64,000 nt of DNA from an uncultured Gemmatimonadales bacterium (GTDB taxonomy: Bacteria > Gemmatimonadota > Gemmatimonadetes > Gemmatimonadales > Gemmatimonadaceae), in contig CAWBZV010000005.1 of assembly GCA_963793305.1 (NCBI GenBank), forward strand, positions 1,472,001-1,536,000, in the 5' to 3' direction. The position numbers and the translations under genes were made by a program. The notes beneath the pieces were generated by a model. The model ran no database searches. It worked only from the letters and a program-made list of their open reading frames with translations, and had not been told where the DNA came from. Below are positions 21,916 to 30,641 of this stretch, one piece after another. How positions within the stretch are numbered: position 1 is the first letter of the stretch; each line of letters starts with the position of its first letter.

Positions 21916-23172
21916 CGTCTTGTAGCGCTCCATCAGCAGGTCTTGGCGCGATGGCGCCTTGACCTGCTGACCGCGCACAAAGACCGCCACGGTCTGCGTG
22001 CTGAACTCGAACGGATCGCCAGACCAGATGACGACGTTCCCGTCGCGCCCAGCCTGGAGCGTCCCGACGCGATCGGCGACGCCGAAGATCTCGGCGGGCG
22101 CGAGCGTGATCGCCTTGAGCGCCTCGTCCCACGACAAGCCATACGCGACCGAGGTCCCGGCCTCCTGCCGGATATTGCGCACGTTGAACGGCGACCCATC
22201 CTCTTCGCCCCCGTTGCCAATGAGCGCCACATTGACGCCGGCCTTGCGGAGCAGCGCGATGTTGTCGTGCCGCTGGCCCAGCTCCTCGAAGCTGTTCGGA
22301 ATGTTGTCCAACGCGCCCGTCAGCACCGGGATCTTCGCCGCAGCCAGTGCCGGCGCCACCTCCCATGCCTCGGCGCCACCGCCGACGATGAGCTTCACGC
22401 CGTACGCCTTGGTGATCGCCATCGCCTCGGTGATGTCGCTCGCCCGGTCGACGAACATGATGAGCGGCAGCCGGCCCTCGACGACGGGAATGAGTGCCTC
22501 GAGATCGGCGTGACTCGCCGACAGCGCCCGCGACTGCGCGCGATCATACGCCGCCTTGTTGGCCGCGTACGTCTTGACGTCGTCGAACAACTCGCGCAGC
22601 CGCGCCGCCATCTCGCCGCGCGTGTACCCTTCGGGCCCTCCCCCTCGACGCCCGAACCCGGCGCTCGTGTTGCCGAACTGCCCGACCATTGCCGCCGACG
22701 ACCGGACAATCATGTCGCTCGACGCGAGATCGACGAATCCCGCCTGTCCGAGGATGACGCCACTGCTTTGCGGGATATCGACGACGCTGGTGACGCCGTC
22801 GTTCCGCGCGGGTTGGATCATGATCGAGAGCGGGTTGAACCCATCGACGACGCGGAACGATGCGGCGACCCCATTTTCGCCACTGGCGCGCTCGTCGGAC
22901 GTACTCGATACCGCCTGAACTTCTTCAACCCCGAGCTCGGTCGCCGAATTGATGAGACCCGGCGTCACCCATTTGCCCGTGGCATCGATCGTCTGCGCAC
23001 CGGCCGGCACGCTGACGTTGGCGCCGACCGCGGCGATCTTGCCGTCGCGGATGATCACGGTTCCATGCTCGATCTTTGGCCCGCTCACCGGATACACCGT
23101 GCCGCCGGTGATGGCGATCGTCTGCGCCCGCGCCGCCGTGGCGGCGACTAGCGCGATCAAGGCGTATTTCAT
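21886..23172 (-). CDS. Amidohydrolase-family protein lacking the HxH motif
   Basis: VTPGLINSATELG, GTLQAGRDGNVVIWSGDPF; signal peptide; ATGA overlap with the upstream gene. Confidence 0.88.
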   Translation of the reverse strand: MKYALIALVAATAARAQTIAITGGTVYPVSGPKIEHGTVIIRDGKIAAVGANVSVPAGAQTIDATGKWVTPGLINSATELGVEEVQAVSSTSDERASGENGVAASFRVVDGFNPLSIMIQPARNDGVTSVVDIPQSSGVILGQAGFVDLASSDMIVRSSAAMVGQFGNTSAGFGRRGGGPEGYTRGEMAARLRELFDDVKTYAANKAAYDRAQSRALSASHADLEALIPVVEGRLPLIMFVDRASDITEAMAITKAYGVKLIVGGGAEAWEVAPALAAAKIPVLTGALDNIPNSFEELGQRHDNIALLRKAGVNVALIGNGGEEDGSPFNVRNIRQEAGTSVAYGLSWDEALKAITLAPAEIFGVADRVGTLQAGRDGNVVIWSGDPFEFSTQTVAVFVRGQQVKAPSRQDLLMERYKTLPRPAYRGP

Positions 23173-24611
23173 CGTCCAGCCTCCGCCGGCACGTACCCGA
23201 GGTCGAAGTCGGTTCTCCACCGATGGGCCGGATCCGAGCGATCATAGAGCATCGCGCCGTCGATCCAGACCTTCTCGGCGTGCGCGTAGACGCTGAACGG
23301 ATCGCCGGACCACAGGACCACGTCCGCGTCCTTGTTCGCCTCGAGCGACCCGATCTTGTCGTCCAGCCCGAGCGCCCACGCGGGGTTGATCGTCATCCAC
23401 TTCACGGCTTGATCTTCACTCACCGGGATGCCGATGGCCGCGCCGGCCGACATGGCCTTCGCGACTTCCTGATTGAGTCGCTGGTTCCCCTGGGGATCGT
23501 CGGAGTGGATCATCGCCTTCGCGCCCGCGTGATCGACGAGCGCCAGGTTGCCACGCACGGCGTCCTCGGCCTCCATCTTGAACATGCCCCAGTCCGCCCA
23601 GCCGGCCGCGCCGATGTTCTCCTTCGCGAGCAGGTCGCCGATCTTGTAGCACTCGACGCAGTGGTGGAACGCGCGGACGTGATAGCCGAACTCGTGCGAC
23701 ATGTCGATGATCTGCGCCATCTCGTCGGCACGATAGCAGTGCATCTGGACCAGAATGTTGCCCCGCAGCACCTCGGCCAGCGTCTCGAGGCCGAGATCGC
23801 GCTTGGGCGGCTCGCCCTTATGATCGGCGTTCCACTTGTCCCACGAGCGCCGGTACTCCTCGGCGGCGATCCACGCCTTGCGGTAGCCCGCCATGTTGCC
23901 CATGCGCGTCGACGGCCCGCGCTGCGCATACACGCGCTTCGGATTCTCGCCGCAGGCCATCTTCATACCGTACTTCGCGCCCGGGAATTTCATCTCCTGG
24001 ACCGTGCGGGCCGGCACCACTTTGAGAATCGCGCTCCGGCCGCCAATGAGATTGGCGGAGCCCGGCAGCACCTGAATCGTCGTCACGCCGCCCGAGATGC
24101 TGCGCGCGAACTGCGGATCTTGCGGCCAGACCGAGTGCTCGGCCCACACATAGGGCGTGGTCGGATCCGTCGCCTCGTTGCCGTCGGAGTTGGCATCGAC
24201 GCCCGGGGCAGGGTAGTCGCCCATGTGCGAGTGCACATCGATGATCCCCGGCGTCACGTACTTCCCGGTGCCGTCGATGACCACCGCATCGCCAGGCGCA
24301 TCCACGCTCGCGCCCACCGCGATGATCTTGCCGTCGCGCATCACGATCGACCCGTTCTGAATCGTCGGCCCCGCCGCCGTCAGAATCGTCGCGTTCTTGA
24401 TGACCGTCGTCTTCGACGGGAACGGCCGGTAGGTACTCGGATACGGATCCGCGTTGGGAACCGAGAGCGCGCCCGGTCCGGGCTTGCTCTCCGTCGCTTT
24501 CGAAGTGGTCGTCGTGTCCGGCTTCGCCGGCTCCGGGCCTGTTTTGACTTGGACTGGCGCGGGTGTGCACGCGGCCACCGCGCACAGCACGGCCATTGGG
24601 AGTCTATGCAT
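23169..24611 (-). CDS. Amidohydrolase-family lipoprotein
   Basis: VAAC lipobox, TPGIIDVHSH, KMACGENPK, HCYR, HSD, GSLEANKDADVVLWSG. Confidence 0.92.
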   Translation of the reverse strand: MHRLPMAVLCAVAACTPAPVQVKTGPEPAKPDTTTTSKATESKPGPGALSVPNADPYPSTYRPFPSKTTVIKNATILTAAGPTIQNGSIVMRDGKIIAVGASVDAPGDAVVIDGTGKYVTPGIIDVHSHMGDYPAPGVDANSDGNEATDPTTPYVWAEHSVWPQDPQFARSISGGVTTIQVLPGSANLIGGRSAILKVVPARTVQEMKFPGAKYGMKMACGENPKRVYAQRGPSTRMGNMAGYRKAWIAAEEYRRSWDKWNADHKGEPPKRDLGLETLAEVLRGNILVQMHCYRADEMAQIIDMSHEFGYHVRAFHHCVECYKIGDLLAKENIGAAGWADWGMFKMEAEDAVRGNLALVDHAGAKAMIHSDDPQGNQRLNQEVAKAMSAGAAIGIPVSEDQAVKWMTINPAWALGLDDKIGSLEANKDADVVLWSGDPFSVYAHAEKVWIDGAMLYDRSDPAHRWRTDFDLGYVPAEAGR

Positions 24612-24659
24612 GGGCGCCAATACTACCGCCCATGCGTGCCGAGGGCTAGAGGCGCCGCG

Positions 24660-25317
24660 TTACACAAACGTCCCGGCGATATCCGAGCAGATCGCATCCA
24701 CGCCGAGCGCGTCCAGCGCGGCAAAGTCGGCGCGTTCGTTGACGGTCCACGCGATGACGCGCCCCCCGGCGTCGTGCACCAGCCGCACGAGATCGCGGTC
24801 GATGAACGACCACTGCAGCCAGTAGTCCCTGGCCCCGGCGTTTTGGAGAGCGCCACCCGGATCGATGAGGTAACTGTCGAGCAGGATGCCCGTCGGAATG
24901 CTCGGCCGAATCGAGGTGACCCTCGCGGCGACCCGGTGGTCAAACGCATGGACCGCGGTCGGCACTCTCGCATAGTCCAACACCTCGATCACGGCCTCCT
25001 CGATCCCCTTGGCTTTCACCTCGACATATACGACCGGCGGCGGTGTAGCCTTCGCCATGCGATCGAGAAGAGCCGCCAGGGTCGGAATCTCGACCCCGGG
25101 CGCCAGCGGATACCGGTGCAGTTCGGTGAGCGTCAGGGTATTGATTAAGGGTCCGTGTCGAATGTTCGGGTCGTGGTGCACGACGACCACCCCATCTTTC
25201 GTCGCGTGGACGTTCGAGCTCAATTCCATGGACCTTCTGCCGTACCGCCAACTCGAAGCCCGGTAACGAGTTCTCAGGCTCCTGGCGCGGGACGCCCCGA
25301 TGCGCGATGATCTCCAC
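24660..25317 (-). CDS. Glycerophosphodiester phosphodiesterase (frameshift near 25214)
   Basis: IIAHRG...PENS...GIEL[D]VHATKDGVVVVHHD...AWTVN...GVDAICSD. Confidence 0.9.
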
Positions 25318-25322
25318 TCATG

Positions 25323-25334
25323 AACGTTAACGTT
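25323..25334. promoter_or_regulatory. Palindromic bidirectional -10 element
   Basis: AACGTTAACGTT gives TAACGT on both strands, each at -12..-7 from the flanking start codon (25317 and 25340). Confidence 0.7.
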
Positions 25335-25339
25335 GGCCG

Positions 25340-25946
25340 ATGACTGGCGTCAGACCTGTGAGGAAGGGCGTCTCTCCAGAACCTGATGGTGCCGGGTCAG
25401 ACGAGGCGATCGACCGGGAATTAATTGCCCGGTGGCTCGCGGGCGACCAACGGGCGGCGACGACGCTCGTGGAGCGGCATGCAACCGCGTTGTCACGGTT
25501 CGCGGCGGCCATGGGTGGAATGACTGGATCTGACGTTCGATGAGCTGGTACAAGATACATTCGTTCGCGCGTTCAACTCGCTGGAGTCGTTCCGCGGCGA
25601 GAGCTCGCTCCGGACGTGGCTCTTCACGATCGAACGCCGGCTCATGCTCGACCGGCGGCGCGCCGAGCGCCGGCGGCCGGAAAAGATGCCGGTGGCGGAA
25701 GGCGATGCCGCGAGCGAGTACACCGCGCTCGATGGGATCGTGGCGGATGAGATGCAGGAGCGGGTGCGCGTGGCGGTCGATCGGTTGACCGCGCTGCAGC
25801 GGGAGGTCTTCACGTTGCGCGTGACCGAAGGGTTGTCGTACAAGGAAATCGCCGATATCGTCGGCTCGACGGAAGGCGCGGCGCGCGTGCACTATCATCA
25901 TGCGATGCGGGCCGTGAAGGAATATCTGGGAGTGCCACATGCGTGA
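25340..25946 (+). CDS. ECF RNA polymerase sigma factor (frameshift near 25536)
   Basis: Corrected frame reads DELVQDTFVRAF...SSLRTWLFTI; region 4 LTALQREVFTLR...LSYKEIA. Confidence 0.9.
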
Positions 25947-26487
25947 GTGTCAGGACGAGACGGTCAAAGACGTGTTGCCCGAGTTCGCCGCGGGTCGCCT
26001 GGGTGCGGCCGACGCGGCTCGTGTGACTGCCCACGTCGAGGCGTGTCCCTCCTGCGCGGCGGAGTTAGCGGTCGTGCGCGCAGCGCACGCTGCGTTCCGG
26101 GCGCCGGCGGTTGACGTCGCCCGCATCGTCGCCGCGCTCCCAACGCCTCCCGCGAAGGTGATCGAGCTTGCGCCACGTATGCGCAAGCGCCGGTTTACCT
26201 CCTGGCGCATTGCCGCGACGATCGCGACGATCGCCGTGAGCGGCGTCTCGATCGGCGTGCTCCAAGGTGTCCTGCGCGACAACAAGCCGCCCGCCGTCAA
26301 GCGGGTGGTCTTGAAGGCGAGTGACGCAGCCGAGGCCTCCGGACTCAGCGTCGGCGGAAGCCTGAACGACCTGAGCGACAAGGAGATGCAGACGCTGCTC
26401 GACAAGCTGGATGAGCTCGACGCGGTCCCGTCGGCCGAGCCTCAACCAGCGGTATCAGGCATGCGCGCGGCCGCTGGAGTCCAATGA
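25939..26487 (+). CDS. zf-HC2 (ZAS) anti-sigma factor
   Basis: HVEACPSC (HxxxCxxC) plus one TM helix. Confidence 0.85.
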   Translation: MRECQDETVKDVLPEFAAGRLGAADAARVTAHVEACPSCAAELAVVRAAHAAFRAPAVDVARIVAALPTPPAKVIELAPRMRKRRFTSWRIAATIATIAVSGVSIGVLQGVLRDNKPPAVKRVVLKASDAAEASGLSVGGSLNDLSDKEMQTLLDKLDELDAVPSAEPQPAVSGMRAAAGVQ

Positions 26488-26993
26488 TCGTTCGGCTTGT
26501 ATGGGCGCTGTCGTTGATCGCTACGACCGCTCTGGCACAGGACGCGGCGCAGCAGAATGTGGACTCGTCGCCGGGGCGGAAGGCGCTGGCCCAGCAAATC
26601 CGCCAGCGCTGGCAGCAGATCGTGCGCGATCGCTTGGGCCTGAACGAGGTCCAGATGCGGCAGTTGCAGGAAACCACGCGCCATTTCAACGCGCAACGGA
26701 ACACGCTCAATCAGCAGGAGCGCGCGATCCGCATCGAGATGCGCGATCAGGTGACGGGCGTGGCGCCGACGGATGACAAGCACCTCGCGGCGATGATCGA
26801 CACGGTGCTCGATCTCCAGCGCCAGCGTCTGGAGCTCACGCGGAACGAGCAGCGGGAATTGTCGTTATTTCTGACGCCGCTCCAGCGCGTCAAGTACCTC
26901 GCGCTCCAGGAGCAGCTGCGCCAGCAGATGGAGCGACTACGCCAGGCCTCGCTCGCGCGTGGGCAGACCCCCGAGGACAGCGCCGCGTTTTAG
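26484..26993 (+). CDS. Spy/CpxP-like periplasmic protein
   Basis: Signal peptide, LGLNEVQ and FLTPLQR motifs, helical and Q/R-rich. Confidence 0.8.
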   Translation: MIVRLVWALSLIATTALAQDAAQQNVDSSPGRKALAQQIRQRWQQIVRDRLGLNEVQMRQLQETTRHFNAQRNTLNQQERAIRIEMRDQVTGVAPTDDKHLAAMIDTVLDLQRQRLELTRNEQRELSLFLTPLQRVKYLALQEQLRQQMERLRQASLARGQTPEDSAAF

Positions 26994-28454
26994 CGCGGCC
27001 AGCACCGCTTCCACCGCCGGCGAGATCCGCGTCAGTTGGGGCACTGGCGGCAACGCCTCATTGCGTAACCCTTCCTCCGCCCGCGCGGCGAAGTCTTTGA
27101 GATCGTTGTCTCGCGCCAACATCGCTAGCAAGCGGTAGGCGAGCGATGCCGTCGAAGGCTGCCCCAGTCGCCGATACCCGTCGCCGAGGCGATAGTAGAA
27201 CTGCGCTTTGAGCCGGGTCCCTATGGGCCCGGACTCGATCGCCCGGCGCCACTCCTCGAACGTGGTCGCGTCGCCATCGTCGCCGGCCAGCCGCAGCAGG
27301 TTGATCGCGGCATTGAGCCGGATGTCCGGCTGCTCCGTCATATCGTAGAGGATGTGCAGGGCATCCCGCGCGCCGGCCCGAGCGCCGATCGCCGAGAGTG
27401 TGCTCGCCAGGTCAGCGAGGGCCCGCATCTGTGAGCGGACGTCATCGTAGCCCGCGAACGCCTCGTAGAGTAACGGCGCGGCGGCCTCGTATTGCCCTAA
27501 CCGCACGGCTATCGCGCCGCGCTCATGGCACGCCCGCGACCGCGTCTCGCGGTGGGCCTCGCGCTCGGGGTTCGCCTCGGCGATCACCTCGTCGAGGATA
27601 TCGGTGGCGGTCTCGATATCCCCCTGCTCAATCGCCAGGTCGGCTTCCGACACGCGAATGCGGAGGGCGCCGGTCGTATCCGACAACATGCGCGCCACGC
27701 GCAATCCGCGCTGGTAGATCGCGCTCGCCTGGCAGATGCGGCCGAGTTGCCGATGGGAGAGGCCGAGCCGCAAATACACGAGCGGGATGCCTTCGTGCTC
27801 GTCGGGCCGATGCGCTTGCTCCAGCAGCGTTTCGTAGACATCGATCGCCAGCGGCCACTCGCCGGCTTCCTCGAGCAGCAGGCCGTAGGCGAACAGGAGC
27901 TTGGGGATCGACCCGACATCCTCCGTCGCGAACTCGCGCATCGCGTCGGTCATCTTGAGGAGGACTTCGTGCACGCGATCGTCATCAACGTCGTCTATGG
28001 CGCGTCGCACCAGCACGTACTCTTTGAGCGTCGGTGTCCGTCCCGTCACGTTGCGCACCGCCCACCGATCGATGAGGCGCAGCGTCAGCAGTCCCGCCGT
28101 CATCTCGCGCCAAATGGGCGAGTTGTCATCGGAGATCTCGGCGACCCGGCGAAAGAATGCCCCGTGCGACAGGCCGCCGCTCGCTGGCTCTTCATCGTCC
28201 TCCACGCCCTCGATCGCCGACATCGGCAGCGGCGGAACGATCTCGGCGGTCAGCGCTTCCGGCTCCGTCGGCGCGCTCGTCTCGACCGGGCGCCAGTAGA
28301 ACTCGAGCTTGACGTTGCCTTGGCTGTCACGCGTGACGCGCTTCTCGCGCACGAATCCGTTGCAGCATTTCGCCGCATCGTCGGCGGCGACCCACGAGTG
28401 CTTCAAGGGCCCGGTGCAGAGATAGATGCCCGCCGGGGTCGAAGCGTCAGCCAT
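26937..28454 (-). CDS. TPR-repeat protein with N-terminal Cys/His module
   Basis: Multiple TPR-like helical repeats; N-terminal C-x5-H-x10-CC. Confidence 0.8.
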   Translation of the reverse strand: MADASTPAGIYLCTGPLKHSWVAADDAAKCCNGFVREKRVTRDSQGNVKLEFYWRPVETSAPTEPEALTAEIVPPLPMSAIEGVEDDEEPASGGLSHGAFFRRVAEISDDNSPIWREMTAGLLTLRLIDRWAVRNVTGRTPTLKEYVLVRRAIDDVDDDRVHEVLLKMTDAMREFATEDVGSIPKLLFAYGLLLEEAGEWPLAIDVYETLLEQAHRPDEHEGIPLVYLRLGLSHRQLGRICQASAIYQRGLRVARMLSDTTGALRIRVSEADLAIEQGDIETATDILDEVIAEANPEREAHRETRSRACHERGAIAVRLGQYEAAAPLLYEAFAGYDDVRSQMRALADLASTLSAIGARAGARDALHILYDMTEQPDIRLNAAINLLRLAGDDGDATTFEEWRRAIESGPIGTRLKAQFYYRLGDGYRRLGQPSTASLAYRLLAMLARDNDLKDFAARAEEGLRNEALPPVPQLTRISPAVEAVLAALKRGAVLGGLPTRERGLA

Positions 28455-28775
28455 GGTCACGGAAACTATTTGGTTTTGTGCCGCACACCAGAATGCGGCG
28501 GTGCTGCGACACATCGATACATCACTGTGTACTCGGTGTGGATACCGAGATGTGCACAGCGCCTGCGGCGACCGCGCACAGCGCTACTGTTGCACAAGCG
28601 GCCGAACATGAGACGTTTCACATCAACTCGATCGCGCGGCGACCGCGTACGGCGCCCCGGGCGGACGATCGAAGCGCAAACAGGTTCATGTGAACGCTTC
28701 ATGTCCGGTCGAAGCGCTTCACACGGGCCGGATGTGACAGGCTTCATGTCCGCTCAAGCGCGCACGACCGCGCAG

Positions 28776-28820
28776 TGTCGCCAGACGCTGTCACCAGACA
28801 CTGTCACCAGACGCTGTCAG
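28776..28820. repeat. 13-bp tandem repeat, about 3.5 copies
   Basis: CCAGACGCTGTCA CCAGACACTGTCA CCAGACGCTGTCA. Confidence 0.85.
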
Positions 28821-28849
28821 CGGTCGCCGAAGGCGCTGCGTACTTCGCG

Positions 28850-29725
28850 CTATGCAGGAACAGCGCGCAGCGCGGTCTCCAGAATCTGGCGCACGCGAGC
28901 GCGATCAGCCTCGCTGAGGTCACGAAGCGGTGGCCTAACGGGACCGCCGTACAATCCAACTTCGTCCATAGCCGCCTTCACGCCAGGCACGCCGAGCTCT
29001 CCGACGATCTCGCGAGCGACTGGCGTGAGCTGGTCCTGGAGCTCCCCGTTCTCCCAAACGGCCTCGGTCAGCGCCGGCACGATGAGCGCGACCGCAAGAA
29101 TGCCGCCGCGAACCCCTGCGGCCACGGCACGCGCCAGCGTCCCCCCGTGCCCGGTCAGCACGCTGAACGTATCCGACTGCGCCTCGAGGTATCCGGCGAG
29201 CACGGCGGCGTCCCCGCCCGAGTCCTTGATGCCAATGATATTCGGATGCCCCGCCAGCTCCCGCACAACCGCGGGCGGAATCGCGTAGTGCATGTACTTG
29301 GGTATGCTATAGAGTACGACGGGCGCCCGGCTGGAATCGGCCACGGCCCGATAGTGGGCGAGCAAGGCAGCCGGAGTACTGCTGTCCGGGTAATAGTGCG
29401 GCCCCACGACCAGCACGGCGTCCGCGCCGAGCGACGACGCCTCGGCCGCCCGCCGGATGGTATGCCGCGTCGACTCGGCCCCAACGCCGGCGATGAGCCA
29501 CCGGTCCGCGGGCACGACGTCCCTCGCCGCGGTCAGCAATCGCCGCCGCTCGTCCTCATCGAGCAGCGCCGCCTCACCGGTCGATCCGGTGACGACGATG
29601 CCATGGCACCCGGCGCCGAGATGCGCGCGGATATTGTCGGCGAACGCCCGAATCGCGAGCTGCCCCTCGCCCGCCTCGAACGGCGTGGTCACGGGGGCAA
29701 GGATGCCTTTCAAGACTGAAATCAT
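28850..29725 (-). CDS. Dihydrodipicolinate synthase family aldolase
   Basis: APVTTPF, GSTGE, LYSIP, IGIKDSGG. Confidence 0.92.
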   Translation of the reverse strand: MISVLKGILAPVTTPFEAGEGQLAIRAFADNIRAHLGAGCHGIVVTGSTGEAALLDEDERRRLLTAARDVVPADRWLIAGVGAESTRHTIRRAAEASSLGADAVLVVGPHYYPDSSTPAALLAHYRAVADSSRAPVVLYSIPKYMHYAIPPAVVRELAGHPNIIGIKDSGGDAAVLAGYLEAQSDTFSVLTGHGGTLARAVAAGVRGGILAVALIVPALTEAVWENGELQDQLTPVAREIVGELGVPGVKAAMDEVGLYGGPVRPPLRDLSEADRARVRQILETALRAVPA

Positions 29726-29736
29726 GGGACGAAAAT

Positions 29737-30621
29737 TTAATCGTGCTCCAAGATGCGCGCCGCCAGCTCCCGCACGATCTTCGCGGCGACCCACGGCGTG
29801 ATGCCGGCGGGATCGAGGCCGGGATTGCACTCGACAACGTCCGCGCCAATCACGGTCCCCCGCACGCGCTGAATGATCTCGATCACCTGACGGGTCGAGA
29901 AGCCACCCGGCTCACGGTGCGCCACACCGGGAGCGAACGCGGGGTCGAGCCCATCGAGATCGACCGACACATAGAGCGGCTCGGCGAAGCTGAACACCCG
30001 CCCGTCGGTCCAGTCTCGCATGGTCACGACCTCGACGCCGAATCGATCAGCCTGTTCTCTCAGGTGGCGATTCATCGTACGAATGCCCACCTGGACGAGC
30101 CGATCGGCGAGCCCTTCTTCCATGATCCGCGCGAAAGGACACGCGTGAGAGTACTTGTGCGGCTCCGCCGCACGTCGATGCGCTTCGCGCTCGACTGGTC
30201 GGTTGGAACGGAGCTCGATAGAGCTGAGCTCCGGGGCGAAGTTGTCGTAGAGATCCGAGTGGGCATCGATGTGCAGGATGGCGAGCCGCGGAAACCGCCG
30301 CCGCACGGCCCGGATGAGCGGATACGTAATGGAGTGATCGCCACCGAGCACAATTGGTCTGTTGCTCGAAGCCATCACTGCGGCCATCGCCGCCTCGATG
30401 CGTACCCGGATATCGTCGTCCGTGCCAGTGACGCCCACGTCCCCCGCGTCGATCAGCGTACCCGGCGCCCGCACATCGACCATGGACTCCGTCCAACCGT
30501 TCGTCGCGCTGGACGTGAACGCGTCCCGGATCGCGGCGGGACCTTCCGCGGCCCCGCGCTGAAACGATGAGGCTGCGTCGTACGGAACGCCGAGCAAAGC
30601 GATGCGTGCGTGATCGGGCAT
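29737..30621 (-). CDS. Agmatinase/arginase-family ureohydrolase
   Basis: GGDHS, DAHSD, SHACPF, DLDGLDPAFAPG; carries an insertion of about 24 aa. Confidence 0.92.
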   Translation of the reverse strand: MPDHARIALLGVPYDAASSFQRGAAEGPAAIRDAFTSSATNGWTESMVDVRAPGTLIDAGDVGVTGTDDDIRVRIEAAMAAVMASSNRPIVLGGDHSITYPLIRAVRRRFPRLAILHIDAHSDLYDNFAPELSSIELRSNRPVEREAHRRAAEPHKYSHACPFARIMEEGLADRLVQVGIRTMNRHLREQADRFGVEVVTMRDWTDGRVFSFAEPLYVSVDLDGLDPAFAPGVAHREPGGFSTRQVIEIIQRVRGTVIGADVVECNPGLDPAGITPWVAAKIVRELAARILEHD

Positions 30622-30641
30622 GAGGCCCAATATTAGTACCC

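Noticed and set aside
28426..28611. Cys-rich 52-61 aa peptide as RiPP precursor or TPR ligand
   Set aside because: Its ATG overlaps the TPR start codon on the other strand; no RBS, no signal peptide and no modifying enzymes nearby
17184..30621. DcsA/DcsB-like (hydroxyarginine to hydroxyurea) pathway from YqcI plus the arginase-family gene
   Set aside because: The genes are 12 kb apart in unrelated operons with no other pathway genes
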